This document shows, piece after piece, positions 13,014 through 22,059 of a stretch of 61,351 nt of DNA. The position numbers and the translations under genes are program-made. Position 1 is the stretch's first letter; every line of letters starts with the position of its first letter. This DNA is from Candidatus Eiseniibacteriota bacterium. Lineage in GTDB: Bacteria > Eisenbacteria > RBG-16-71-46. The notes under the pieces were generated by a model that was not told the DNA's origin, did no database searches, and saw nothing but the letters and a program-made list of their open reading frames with translations. Where the stretch lies: positions 1 through 61,351 of the forward strand of contig JACRPT010000152.1 of assembly GCA_016223045.1 (NCBI GenBank), given 5' to 3'.

Positions 13014-14039
13014 ATGCTGCCTGCGGCAGCGTTCGGCTTTGCGCTGTTCCTCGCCCTGGTCCTGACCCCGCTCGGGGCTCGGCTGGCCTGGGCCGTCGGC
13101 TACCTCGATCACCCGGAAGCCCGCAAGCTCCATACCTCGGCCACCGCCCTGCTCGGCGGGGTGGTGGTGTTCGTGAGCGCGCTCGCGGCCTGGTTCGGCG
13201 CGCACCTCGCGCGCCACGGCAACGCGCGCCACGAGGCCGTGTTCCTGCTCGCCGGCGCCGTGATCGTGCTGCTCCTGGGGCTGTGGGACGACCGCTTCGG
13301 CATGCGGCCGGGAGTGAAGCTCTGCGGTCAGGCGGCCGCGGGGGCGGCGCTGCTGGCGTCGGGGCTGGTGCCCGACCTGGGCCTGCCGGTGGCGCTGAAC
13401 GTGGGGTTGACCCTGGTGGCGCTGGTGGCGCTCATGAACGCGGTCAACTTCCTCGACAACATGAACGGGATGGTGGGCGGCCTCGCCGCGATCGCGCTGG
13501 CCGCGTTCGGCTGGACCTCGGCGGCGCGGGGGGCCGGGGGCCTCGCCGCCGCACAGTTCGCCATCGCCGGGGCCTGCCTCGGCTTCCTGCCCTACAACTT
13601 CCCGCGGGCCCGGATCTTCCTGGGTGACGCAGGGAGCCTGTTCCTGGGGTATAGTCTGGGCGCGTCGGCGGTGCTGGCGTTCGCGTCGGCGCCGCCCGGC
13701 TGGGGTCGGCTCGGGCCGCCGCTGATGCTGGCCTACCCCGCATTCGACATGATCTTCGTCGTGGTCAACCGTCTCCGCGAGGGCCGCAGGGTCCACGTGG
13801 GGGGCAGGGACCACACCAACCACCGACTCGCGAGTGTGATCCGATGTCCGACGAGAACCGTCCTCCTGTTGTGGGTCAGTGGGGCCGCCCTCTGCGCAAG
13901 CGGTCTCGCGGTCCTCAAGCTCAACCGGCCGCTTCCGACGCTCCTGCTGTGGGGCCTGTGGACGATCCTGCTCGGCTGGACCGGGCTGCGGCTATCGTCC
14001 ATACCGGTCCGGCCCCGGGAAGCGAACCCGGCGCCGTAG
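13014..14039 (+). CDS. MraY/WecA-family polyprenyl-phosphate HexNAc-1-phosphate transferase
   Basis: D.P..RK.H, GLWDD, NAVNFLDNMNG, FLPYNFP.A.IFLGDAGS, RDHTNHRL. Confidence 0.88.
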   Translation: MLPAAAFGFALFLALVLTPLGARLAWAVGYLDHPEARKLHTSATALLGGVVVFVSALAAWFGAHLARHGNARHEAVFLLAGAVIVLLLGLWDDRFGMRPGVKLCGQAAAGAALLASGLVPDLGLPVALNVGLTLVALVALMNAVNFLDNMNGMVGGLAAIALAAFGWTSAARGAGGLAAAQFAIAGACLGFLPYNFPRARIFLGDAGSLFLGYSLGASAVLAFASAPPGWGRLGPPLMLAYPAFDMIFVVVNRLREGRRVHVGGRDHTNHRLASVIRCPTRTVLLLWVSGAALCASGLAVLKLNRPLPTLLLWGLWTILLGWTGLRLSSIPVRPREANPAP

Positions 14040-14326
14040 CCCCGCCCCCGCGCCCGCGGCGCGAGGCGCAGGAGCCCCAGGCCGAGGACTTCCGGCTGCG
14101 CGACCTGGTCGCCTACGTGGCGAAGGGACTGGTGGACCATCCCGACGACGTGCGGGTCGAGATCCTCGAGCCCGGCGACGACGCCTCGTTCGAGCTGCAC
14201 GTGCATCCCGACGACCTGGGCCACGTCATCGGCAAGCAGGGACGCACCGCGCGCTCGATGCGCCTCGCGCTCGGCGCCGCCGCCGCGCGCAGCGGACGCC
14301 GGGCGAATCTCGAGATCGCCGACTGA
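13844..14326 (+). CDS. khpA: KH-domain RNA-binding protein KhpA; start uncertain (ATG 13844 or CTG 14096)
   Basis: LVDHPDDV, DLGHVIGKQGRTA (GxxG); directly upstream of rimM. Confidence 0.85.
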   Translation: MSDENRPPVVGQWGRPLRKRSRGPQAQPAASDAPAVGPVDDPARLDRAAAIVHTGPAPGSEPGAVAPPPRPRREAQEPQAEDFRLRDLVAYVAKGLVDHPDDVRVEILEPGDDASFELHVHPDDLGHVIGKQGRTARSMRLALGAAAARSGRRANLEIAD

Positions 14327-14339
14327 TCCGGCGGTCGCC

Positions 14340-14849
14340 ATGCCCCTCGTGGTGGTCGGCCGCATCGGGCGGGCGCACGGCGTGAACGGCGAGGTGGCGC
14401 TCGACGGCGTTTCGCTGACCCCGCTCGAGCTGCACGAGGTGAATGTCTTCACCTGGCGCGGGCGGGCCGGGGAGGAGCGCACGCTCAAGCTCGCCACCGC
14501 GCGCCCGGCGCACACCCGGCTGCTGGTGCGCTTCGAGGGGATCGCCGGCCGCGACCAGGCCTCGGCGCTCACCAACGGCGAGCTGCTGGTGGAGAGCGAC
14601 CGGCTGCCCGACCCCGGGCCGGGCACCGCGTACACGTTCCAGCTCATCGGGCTGCGGGTCGAGACCGAGGACGGCCGCGCGCTCGGCACGCTCGAGGACA
14701 TCGTCGCGACCGGCGCGCACCCGGTCTACGTGGTGCAGGGCGAGCGCGAGCTGCTCATCCCGGCCACGCCCGAGGTGGTGCGGCGCGTGGACCTCGCGGC
14801 CGGGGTGATCGCGGTCGCCCTGCCGGCCGGGCTGGAGGAGATCTTCTAA
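14340..14849 (+). CDS. rimM: 16S rRNA processing protein RimM
   Basis: VGRIGRAHGVNGEV, PRC-barrel C-terminus (LIGLRV...TGAH.VYVV...LLIP); synteny. Confidence 0.93.
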   Translation: MPLVVVGRIGRAHGVNGEVALDGVSLTPLELHEVNVFTWRGRAGEERTLKLATARPAHTRLLVRFEGIAGRDQASALTNGELLVESDRLPDPGPGTAYTFQLIGLRVETEDGRALGTLEDIVATGAHPVYVVQGERELLIPATPEVVRRVDLAAGVIAVALPAGLEEIF

Positions 14850-14863
14850 GGGAGGCCTGCCGC

Positions 14864-15622
14864 GTGAGGATCTCGCTCGTCACCATCTTCCCCGACTTCT
14901 TCCCGCCGGCGCTCGCCGAGGGGATGATCCGGCTCGCGCAGGAGAAGGGCCGGCTCGCCGTGGACGTCGTCCACCTGCGCGACTTCACCGACGACTCGCA
15001 CCGCTCGACCGACGACTACCCGTTCGGCGGCGGCGTCGGGATGATCATGAAGATCGAGCCGATCGCCCGCGCACTGCAATCGCTGGGCGTCGGGGAGAAG
15101 GGCGCACGGGCCGCGGGTGTGCGCACCGTGCTGTTCTCGCCGCAGGGAAGGCGCTTCGCCCAGGACGTGGCGCTCGAGTACGCCGCGTTCGAGCACCTGG
15201 TGCTGGTATGCGGGCGCTACAAGGGCGTGGACGAGCGCGTCGCCGAGCACCTGGTGGACGAGGAGCTCTCGCTCGGAGACTTCGTGCTCTCGGGCGGCGA
15301 GCCCGCGGCGCTGTGCGTGGTGGACGCGGTGGCGCGCCTGCTGCCCGGCGTGGTCGGGACCTTCGACTCGGTGGAGGGCGACTCGTTCCACTCCGGCCTG
15401 CTCGACGCGCCCTACTACACACGGCCGGCCGAGTACCGCGGCTGGGGCGTGCCCGAGGTGCTGCTCTCCGGCCACCACGCCCAGATTGCGCGCGCCCGCC
15501 GCGAGGAGTCGCTGCGCCGCACCTTCGAGCGGCGCCCCGACCTGCTCGAGACCGCCGACCTCACCGAAGCGGACCGCCGCTTCCTGCGCGGCCTGGGCTG
15601 GCGCGGGGGCGCGAAGGCGTGA
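14864..15622 (+). CDS. trmD: tRNA (guanine-N1)-methyltransferase
   Basis: DDYPFGGGVGM, CGRYKGVDER, SLGDFVLSGGE, YTRP, VPEVLLSGHH. Confidence 0.96.
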   Translation: MRISLVTIFPDFFPPALAEGMIRLAQEKGRLAVDVVHLRDFTDDSHRSTDDYPFGGGVGMIMKIEPIARALQSLGVGEKGARAAGVRTVLFSPQGRRFAQDVALEYAAFEHLVLVCGRYKGVDERVAEHLVDEELSLGDFVLSGGEPAALCVVDAVARLLPGVVGTFDSVEGDSFHSGLLDAPYYTRPAEYRGWGVPEVLLSGHHAQIARARREESLRRTFERRPDLLETADLTEADRRFLRGLGWRGGAKA

Positions 15623-15722
15623 TGCGGCGCGCGTGGGGCCGAAAGTCCCATGCGTGAGGAACCGGCCCCGCGAGTACAGTGTAGGGCGAGCGTCCACCCG
15701 GTTCCCCCGTACGAGGAGTTCC

Positions 15723-16457
15723 ATGCGCCGTCTCCTCCCTGCGCTCGTCATCCTGTCCGGGCTCGCGGCTGCCGTCGGCTGCTCGAAGCACCCGACCCGC
15801 GCAGCGTCGCCGGCAGCCGCGTCGCCGTCCCCCGCGCCGAGTTCCCCGGCCGGCGTCATCCGGCTCTTCGAATGGTCCTGGAACAACCGGGACACGTTGC
15901 GGCCGCGCGAGATCCTCACCGACGACTTCCGCTTCCAGTTCGCGCTCGGCGACTCGGCGGGGAACCAGTTCCGCGACCAGCCCATGGACCGCGAGCGACT
16001 CCTCCTCTGCCTGCGCCACCTGTTCGTGGGTGGCGGCGCGCAACCTCCGGCCTCGAGCATCCGGCTCGTGTTCGATCCCGTCCTGAGCGTCCAGCCCGAT
16101 TCCCGTCCCGGCAGGGACCCGACCTGGCACAAGCAGATTCTCACCGGCGTGGACCTGTCCATCAGGTGGCCGGCCAGCGAGTACCGCGTCACGGGCAACG
16201 CCCGCTTCTTCGTGGTGCGCGGAGACTCGGCGGCGATCCCGGCCGACCTTGTGGCGCGCGGGTTCGGCCCCGACTCGACCCGCTGGTGGATCCAGGCGTG
16301 GTGGGACGAATCGCTCGTCGGGCCCGCGGCCGTGGCCGGGCCGTGGCGGTCGCGTGGCGCGGAAGCCCGCGGCGCCGGCCCCGGCCGGGTGCTCCCGGCC
16401 GTCAACCGGACCTGGGGCGACATCCTGGCCGCCTATCTGGCGTCGGTCGCTCCATAG
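15723..16457 (+). CDS. Putative lipoprotein of unknown function with a TWG-type C-terminal tail
   Basis: GAGGAG RBS; signal peptide with lipobox AAVG-C; ends NRTWGDILAAYLASVAP. Confidence 0.75.
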   Translation: MRRLLPALVILSGLAAAVGCSKHPTRAASPAAASPSPAPSSPAGVIRLFEWSWNNRDTLRPREILTDDFRFQFALGDSAGNQFRDQPMDRERLLLCLRHLFVGGGAQPPASSIRLVFDPVLSVQPDSRPGRDPTWHKQILTGVDLSIRWPASEYRVTGNARFFVVRGDSAAIPADLVARGFGPDSTRWWIQAWWDESLVGPAAVAGPWRSRGAEARGAGPGRVLPAVNRTWGDILAAYLASVAP

Positions 16458-16650
16458 CGCCTGGCCGGCGCGCTCCCGGGCCCGTCCCGTTTCCGGGGCC
16501 CGACCTCGCGCGCTCACGGCCGGGCGAGCCTCGCGATCCCGCGACGCCCCGGCTCCGCCCCGGTAGTTGTCCACGTCCTGTTCGTAGTCGAGCGTCTTCG
16601 CCCCGGCGCCGCCCCGCCAGTCCCCGCAAACGCCCCGGCAGCGCCCCGAT

Positions 16651-16679
16651 TTGGCTTCCACCGGCCCCTCGCCTATACT
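16651..16679 (+). promoter_or_regulatory. Sigma70-type promoter for rplS
   Basis: TTGGCT-N17-TATACT upstream of a strong RBS (GAGGAAAGGAG). Confidence 0.6.
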
Positions 16680-16742
16680 GCGCGGCCGCTTGATCGCCCC
16701 CAGGGACCCTCAGGACTTTGGTGGTGAGGAAAGGAGATTCCC

Positions 16743-17117
16743 ATGAGCCTGATCGACAAGATCGAGGCCGCTCAGCTCAAGTCCGACCGTCCCGACCTGC
16801 GACCCGGCGACACCGTCGAGGTCTCGGTCCGTGTCATCGAGGGCGACAAGGAGCGGCAGCAGAAGTTCCGCGGCGAGGTCATCAACGTCCGCGGCGGCGG
16901 GCTGCGCAAGACCTTCACCGTCCGCAAGATCAGCGAGGGCGTGGGGGTGGAGCGCACCTTCCCGATCCACAGCCCGTCGGTGGCGGAGATCAAGGTGATG
17001 AAGCACTCGAAGGTCCGCCGCGCCAAGCTCTTCTACCTGCGGCGCAAGACCGGCAAGGCCGCGCGGCTGACGGAGCGGAAGACGCTCGGCAGCGGGGAGA
17101 CCGCCAAGAAGGAGTAG
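16743..17117 (+). CDS. rplS: 50S ribosomal protein L19
   Basis: [43 protein letters not shown]. Confidence 0.98.
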   Translation: MSLIDKIEAAQLKSDRPDLRPGDTVEVSVRVIEGDKERQQKFRGEVINVRGGGLRKTFTVRKISEGVGVERTFPIHSPSVAEIKVMKHSKVRRAKLFYLRRKTGKAARLTERKTLGSGETAKKE

Positions 17118-17120
17118 GGC

Positions 17121-17756
17121 ATGAAGCCCTGGCGCCGGCTGGCCCGCGCCGAAGCCCGGCTGGCGGGCGAGGGTGTGACGGTGGCGGGCGTGGACGAGGC
17201 CGGCCGCGGTCCGCTCGCCGGCCCGGTGGTCGCCGCGGCGGTGGTGCTCGACGCCACGCGCGACTGGGACGGTCTCGACGACAGCAAGCAGCTCGACGCC
17301 GCCACGCGCGACGCGCTGTACGCCCGGGTCCTCGCAGGGGCCCGGGCGTTCGCCTGGGCGGTGCTGGGCCCGCGCGCGATCGACGCGCTGAACATCCGGC
17401 GCGCGAGCCTCGAGGCCATGCGCCGCGCCGTGCTGCTCCTGAAGGTCGCGCCCGAGGTGGTGCTGGTGGACGGGCTCGACACCGTCCCCGGCCTGGCCTG
17501 CCGCCAGCACGCGGTGGTGCGGGGCGACGGCCACGTGCTCTCGATCGCCGGGGCCTCGATCGTGGCGAAGGTGGTCCGCGATCGCATCATGGAGCGCCTC
17601 GACCGGGTGTGGCCGGAGTACGGCTTCGCGCGCCACAAGGGCTACGGCACCCCGGAACACCTCGCGGCCATCGGACGGCTCGGCCCCTGCCCGCTGCACC
17701 GCTACTCGTTCGCACCGGTGCGCGTGCAGGAGCTGCCGCTGCCCGGCTCCGTCTGA
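17121..17756 (+). CDS. rnhB: Ribonuclease HII
   Basis: AGVDEAGRGPLAGPV, DSK, SI..ASIVAKV.RD, HKGYGT..H. Confidence 0.97.
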   Translation: MKPWRRLARAEARLAGEGVTVAGVDEAGRGPLAGPVVAAAVVLDATRDWDGLDDSKQLDAATRDALYARVLAGARAFAWAVLGPRAIDALNIRRASLEAMRRAVLLLKVAPEVVLVDGLDTVPGLACRQHAVVRGDGHVLSIAGASIVAKVVRDRIMERLDRVWPEYGFARHKGYGTPEHLAAIGRLGPCPLHRYSFAPVRVQELPLPGSV

Positions 17757-17869
17757 GCCGGCACGCGCCGTCCGTGGCGCGGTGAGGTGCGCGCGCCGCG
17801 GGTCACGCGTAGCTCGTGCTAGTATCCCCGCGGTCAGCGCCCCCGCACGCGCCCCCGTGGAGCAGAGCC

Positions 17870-18220
17870 ATGGGCATGGCGCAGGAGCGCGGCCGCGCCG
17901 GCGAGGCGCTGGCCGCGGCGTACCTCGAGCTCGCCGGCTGCACGGTGCTGGCCCGCAACCGCAAGCTCGCGGGGGTGGAGGTGGACCTGGTGGTGGCGGA
18001 CGGGCGCTGCCGCGTGGTGGTCGAGGTCAAGCTGCGCACCCGCGGCGACTACGGCGGGCCCGCGCTCGCGGTGGACCGCGGCAAGCAGCAGCGCCTGGCG
18101 CGCGCCGCCCGCGCGCTGGCGGATGCGGAGGAGGGCCCGGTGCGGGTGGACGTCATCGCGGTGGAGCTGGCGGACGACGGCGCGCGGCTCCTCCACTACC
18201 GGAACGCCGTCACCGACTGA
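17870..18220 (+). CDS. yraN: YraN family (UPF0102) putative endonuclease
   Basis: G..GE..AA.YL, RN, EVDLV, VEVK.R, R.DVIAV; follows rnhB. Confidence 0.9.
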   Translation: MGMAQERGRAGEALAAAYLELAGCTVLARNRKLAGVEVDLVVADGRCRVVVEVKLRTRGDYGGPALAVDRGKQQRLARAARALADAEEGPVRVDVIAVELADDGARLLHYRNAVTD

Positions 18221-18236
18221 GGAACTCCCCCGCGCC

Positions 18237-19589
18237 GTGAAAGTCCCCCGGTTCGGCAGGCTCAAGCTCTCGCCGCGCCTGGCGCGGCGCTGGCGCGCGC
18301 GGCTGCGGGCGCAGCGACGCTGGTGGCGCGCGCGCTGGCGGCGGTGGGACGCGTCGGGCGAGGTGCTGTTCCCGCCCGCCGGCAGGGGCATGGTGGCGGT
18401 CGAGACGCTGGCAGGCGCGCCGCCCGGGCCGGACGCCGCCCCCGCGGGCCCGCGCATCGCGGTGCTGCACGCCACCGCCGGCAGCGGCCACAAGCGCGCC
18501 GCGCAGGCGCTGGCGCTGGCCATCGGCGAGCTCGCGCCCGGCGCCACGGTGCGCGAGGTGGACACGCTGGTCTACGCCTCGCGGCTCTACCGCGGCACCT
18601 ACGCCGCCTCGTACAACGCCATGGCGGCGCGCGCGCCCGCGCTGTGGGGCGCGCTCTACCACTCGTGGGCGCTGGCGCCGGTCAACCGCGGCACCGCGCC
18701 GGTCAGGCTCGCGATGGACCGGCTGAACCTCAGGCGCCTGGTGCGCGTGGTCGAGCGGGAGCAGCCCGACGCGGTGGTTTGCACGCACTTCCTGCCGGTC
18801 GAGGCGCTCTCGCCCATCCGCGGCCGCGGGCGGCTCATGGTCCCGCTCCACTGCGTGATCACCGACTTCGCGGCCCATCCGTTCTGGGCGTTCCCGCACG
18901 TGGACCGCTACTTCGTCGCGAGCGAGCGCGTGGCCGAGGAGCTGGTGGGCCACGGCGTGGAGCGCGCCCGCGTCCAGGTGACCGGCATCCCCATCGACCC
19001 CAGGTTCGCCAACGCCATCGGCCGCGACGCGGCGCGCGCGCACTTCGGGCTCGACCCGCGCCGCCCGGCGGTGCTGGTGATGGGTGGCGGCAGCGGCGTG
19101 GGGCCGCTCGCCGACCTGGCCGAGCGCCTGGGCAGCCTCGCGCTCGAGCCGCAGGTGATGGTGGTGTGCGGGACCAACGCGCGGCTGCGCGACGAGATCG
19201 ACCGGCTCCCCGCCGGGCGCACGGGCAGGATCCGCACGCTCGGGTTCACCAACGAGGTGGACGTGCTGCTCGAGGCCTGCGACGTGGCGGTGAGCAAGGC
19301 CGGCGGCCTCACCTGTTCGGAGGCACTGGTCAAGCGCACGCCGCTCGTCATCTTCAAGCCCACGCCGGGACAGGAGGTGCGCAACGCCGACTACCTGGAA
19401 TCGGGCGGCGCGGCGGTGCACGCCGATTCGGCGGACGAGGTGGCGGCCACGGTGGGGCGCTGGCTCTCCGATCCCGAGCGCGCCGAGCGCGTGCGCGAGG
19501 CGCAGTGGCTGCTCGCCGCGCCCGACGCCGCGCGCACCATCGCGCGCCAGGTGCTCGAAGGGATCGCGGCGGCGAAGGCGGCGGGCTGA
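18237..19589 (+). CDS. MGDG synthase/UgtP-like processive glycosyltransferase (GT28); start at GTG 18237 or ATG 18390
   Basis: AGSGHKRAAQAL, PDAVVCTHF, VITDF..HPFW, TGIPI, KAGGLTCSEAL, PGQEVRNA. Confidence 0.87.
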   Translation: MKVPRFGRLKLSPRLARRWRARLRAQRRWWRARWRRWDASGEVLFPPAGRGMVAVETLAGAPPGPDAAPAGPRIAVLHATAGSGHKRAAQALALAIGELAPGATVREVDTLVYASRLYRGTYAASYNAMAARAPALWGALYHSWALAPVNRGTAPVRLAMDRLNLRRLVRVVEREQPDAVVCTHFLPVEALSPIRGRGRLMVPLHCVITDFAAHPFWAFPHVDRYFVASERVAEELVGHGVERARVQVTGIPIDPRFANAIGRDAARAHFGLDPRRPAVLVMGGGSGVGPLADLAERLGSLALEPQVMVVCGTNARLRDEIDRLPAGRTGRIRTLGFTNEVDVLLEACDVAVSKAGGLTCSEALVKRTPLVIFKPTPGQEVRNADYLESGGAAVHADSADEVAATVGRWLSDPERAERVREAQWLLAAPDAARTIARQVLEGIAAAKAAG

Positions 19590-19630
19590 GGCCCCGGCCG
19601 GGCCGCCGGGCGGCCCTCGCGGGAAACCCC

Positions 19631-19686
19631 TTGCACGCCCCGCCGCGTTCGGGCATCTTATTTCGGTGTTTGGCGAACTAGCGAAC
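19631..19686 (+). promoter_or_regulatory. Promoter and probable ArsR-type operator
   Basis: TTGCAC-N17-CATCTT followed by TTCG-N8-CGAA and repeated GCGAAC directly before the repressor gene. Confidence 0.5.
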
Positions 19687-19700
19687 GAGGACCCATCCCG

Positions 19701-19985
19701 ATGAACGAGGTGTTCCGCGCGCTCGGGGATCCGACGCGCCGCGAGATCCTGACGCTGCTCAAGCGGCGCGACATGACCGCCGGCGAGCTGGCGGAGCGCT
19801 TCCCGCTCGCGAAGTCCACTCTGTCCGGGCACTTCAACGTGCTCCGTCACTCCGGGCTGATCGTCTCCGAGCGCCACGGCACGACGATCGTCTACAGCCT
19901 CAACCTGTCGGCGTTCGAAGAGGCGCTCTCGGCCGTGATGGACCTGCTCCACGCCGGCCGGCCGCGCCCGGAGAGGAAGCGATGA
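19701..19985 (+). CDS. sdpR: ArsR/SdpR family repressor
   Basis: FRALGDPTRREIL.LL...DMTAGELA..F......S.H..VL; coupled to sdpI. Confidence 0.85.
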   Translation: MNEVFRALGDPTRREILTLLKRRDMTAGELAERFPLAKSTLSGHFNVLRHSGLIVSERHGTTIVYSLNLSAFEEALSAVMDLLHAGRPRPERKR

Positions 19986-20659
19986 GGTTCTCGTGGCGCA
20001 GCGAGTGGCCGCACCTGCTGCTCATCGCGGCGATGTTCGCGCTGGGGACGGCGTCGTGGAGCGGGGCGCCCGACCGCATCCCGATGCACTGGGACCTGAC
20101 CGGGCGTCCGGACCGTTACGGCGGGAGGTTCGAGGGCCTGTTCGCCATCCCGCTGCTGGCGCTCGGGATCTACTTCCTCATGCGGTTCTTCCCGCGCATC
20201 GACCCGGGTCGCGCGAACTACGACGCCTTCGCCCATGCCTACGCCACCGTGCGGCTGGCGATCGTCACGCTCATGGCCGCGCTCTATGGCCTCATCCAGC
20301 TCGCCATCCGCGGCCACGAGGTGCGCATGAGCGCCGCCGTGCCGCTGCTGGTGGGCGGGCTGTTCGTGGTCGTCGGAAACGTGATGGGCAAGCTCCGGCC
20401 CAACTGGTTCATCGGCATCCGTACGCCATGGACGCTGTCGAGCAAGCTGGCCTGGACTCGCACCCACCGCCTCGGCGGCCGGCTGTTCATCGTGCTCGGC
20501 CTGCTCTTCATGGGCTTCGCGGTGACCCAGAGCCCGCGGCTGCTGTGGGCGCTCGCCGTGGCGGGCGGCGGCGGGATCCTCGGCCTGGTCGTCTATTCGT
20601 ACGTGCTCTGGCGGCGTGACCCGGACAAGACGCCGCCCGCGGGGACCCTGCCGGCCTGA
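19982..20659 (+). CDS. sdpI: SdpI family immunity membrane protein (DUF1648 + SdpI)
   Basis: PDRIPMHW...G.PD, GN.MGKLRPNWFIGIRTPWTL....W..THRLGG. Confidence 0.88.
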   Translation: MRFSWRSEWPHLLLIAAMFALGTASWSGAPDRIPMHWDLTGRPDRYGGRFEGLFAIPLLALGIYFLMRFFPRIDPGRANYDAFAHAYATVRLAIVTLMAALYGLIQLAIRGHEVRMSAAVPLLVGGLFVVVGNVMGKLRPNWFIGIRTPWTLSSKLAWTRTHRLGGRLFIVLGLLFMGFAVTQSPRLLWALAVAGGGGILGLVVYSYVLWRRDPDKTPPAGTLPA

Positions 20660-20722
20660 GCGCGCGGTCGTTCCTTGACCCGTTCTCCGCCCGGTCTTAG
20701 CTTCGTGCGCCGTGAGTGACCG

Positions 20723-21784
20723 TTGCGGTCCCGCGCTCCGACCGGGCGGGGATCCGCCGACGCCATCCCCGGGATCTCCTTGCGCCACGACCCTTCCGCC
20801 GACGACCTGATCTGCCGCATCCTGGCCGGCGAGCGCGTCCCGCTCGCGCGGGCCATCTCGCAGGTGGAGAACGAGGCGCCGGACGCGGTCGCGATCCTGG
20901 ACGCCTGCTTCGAGCGGAGCGGCCGCGCGTTCCGGGTGGGTATCACCGGGCCGCCGGGGGCGGGCAAGAGCACGCTGGTGACGCGGCTCGCACAGGCCTG
21001 GCGCCGGCGCGGCGAGACCGTGGCGATCGTGGCGGTGGACCCCACCAGCCCGTTCAGCGGCGGCGCGCTGCTCGGCGACCGGGTGCGGATGGGCGAGCTT
21101 TCGGGCGACGAGGGCGTGTTCATCCGCTCGATGGCCACGCGCGGGAGCATGGGCGGGCTGGCGGTCCACACCGCGCAGGCCTGCGACGTGCTCGACGCCG
21201 CGGGCTTCAGCCGCATCCTGATCGAGACCGTCGGCGTGGGACAGAGCGAGCTGGAGGTGGCGCAGACCGCCGACTCGACCGCGGTGGTGCTGGTGCCCGA
21301 GTCGGGCGACACGGTGCAGGCGATGAAGGCCGGCCTGATGGAGATCGGCGACCTGTTCGTCATCAACAAGGCCGACCGCGAGGGCGCGGAACGCGCGGCG
21401 TTCGCGGTGCGCTCGGCGCTCGAGCTGCGCCCGGGTGGCGCGGCATGGGCGCCGCCGGTGCTGCTCACCGTGGCCTCCCAGGGCACCGGCGTCGAAGAGG
21501 TGCTCGAGCGCTTCGAAGCGCACCTCGAGTACTTGAGAGGTCTCGGCGGGCTCGACCGGAGGCGCCGCCAGCGGCTCGAGCAGCGGCTGCGCGACCTGCT
21601 GCGCGGGCAGTTGTGGGAGGAGTTCCAGGCCCGCGTGCCCGCGGACGCCTGGCGTGAGGTGCTCGCGTCGCTCGCGGCGCGCGAGCTGACCCCGCACGAC
21701 GCGGTGGCGAGCCTGTTCGCGCGTTTCGGCGCCCCGACCGGCGGGCCCTACGCGGACGTCGAAGAGGGGTCGGAGGGGAGCTAG
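20723..21784 (+). CDS. meaB: Acyl-CoA mutase GTPase chaperone MeaB; start uncertain
   Basis: [54 protein letters not shown]. Confidence 0.95.
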   Translation: MRSRAPTGRGSADAIPGISLRHDPSADDLICRILAGERVPLARAISQVENEAPDAVAILDACFERSGRAFRVGITGPPGAGKSTLVTRLAQAWRRRGETVAIVAVDPTSPFSGGALLGDRVRMGELSGDEGVFIRSMATRGSMGGLAVHTAQACDVLDAAGFSRILIETVGVGQSELEVAQTADSTAVVLVPESGDTVQAMKAGLMEIGDLFVINKADREGAERAAFAVRSALELRPGGAAWAPPVLLTVASQGTGVEEVLERFEAHLEYLRGLGGLDRRRRQRLEQRLRDLLRGQLWEEFQARVPADAWREVLASLAARELTPHDAVASLFARFGAPTGGPYADVEEGSEGS

Positions 21785-22059
21785 CGCCGGCCGCGCGTTC
21801 CGAAGCCTCGCGCGCCCCAGACCCCGGGCGCCCGCCGGGCAGGCGGTCGTCATGCGCGGGACCGCACGCCCGCCCGCGACCACTGCTCCCGCGCACCTCG
21901 CTTCCTGTGGGTCGTGCCCGAGGCGGGCGCGTGCGTGGCCGTCACGCCGAGCGCGCCGGCTTCCTTGACTCCGGTCGGAAGCGGCGCTTAGCCTCTCTCG
22001 GTTTCGAGCGCCCTTGCGGGCCTGCGGGCCCGGCCACTCTTCGCGGAGGAGCCCTCTCC

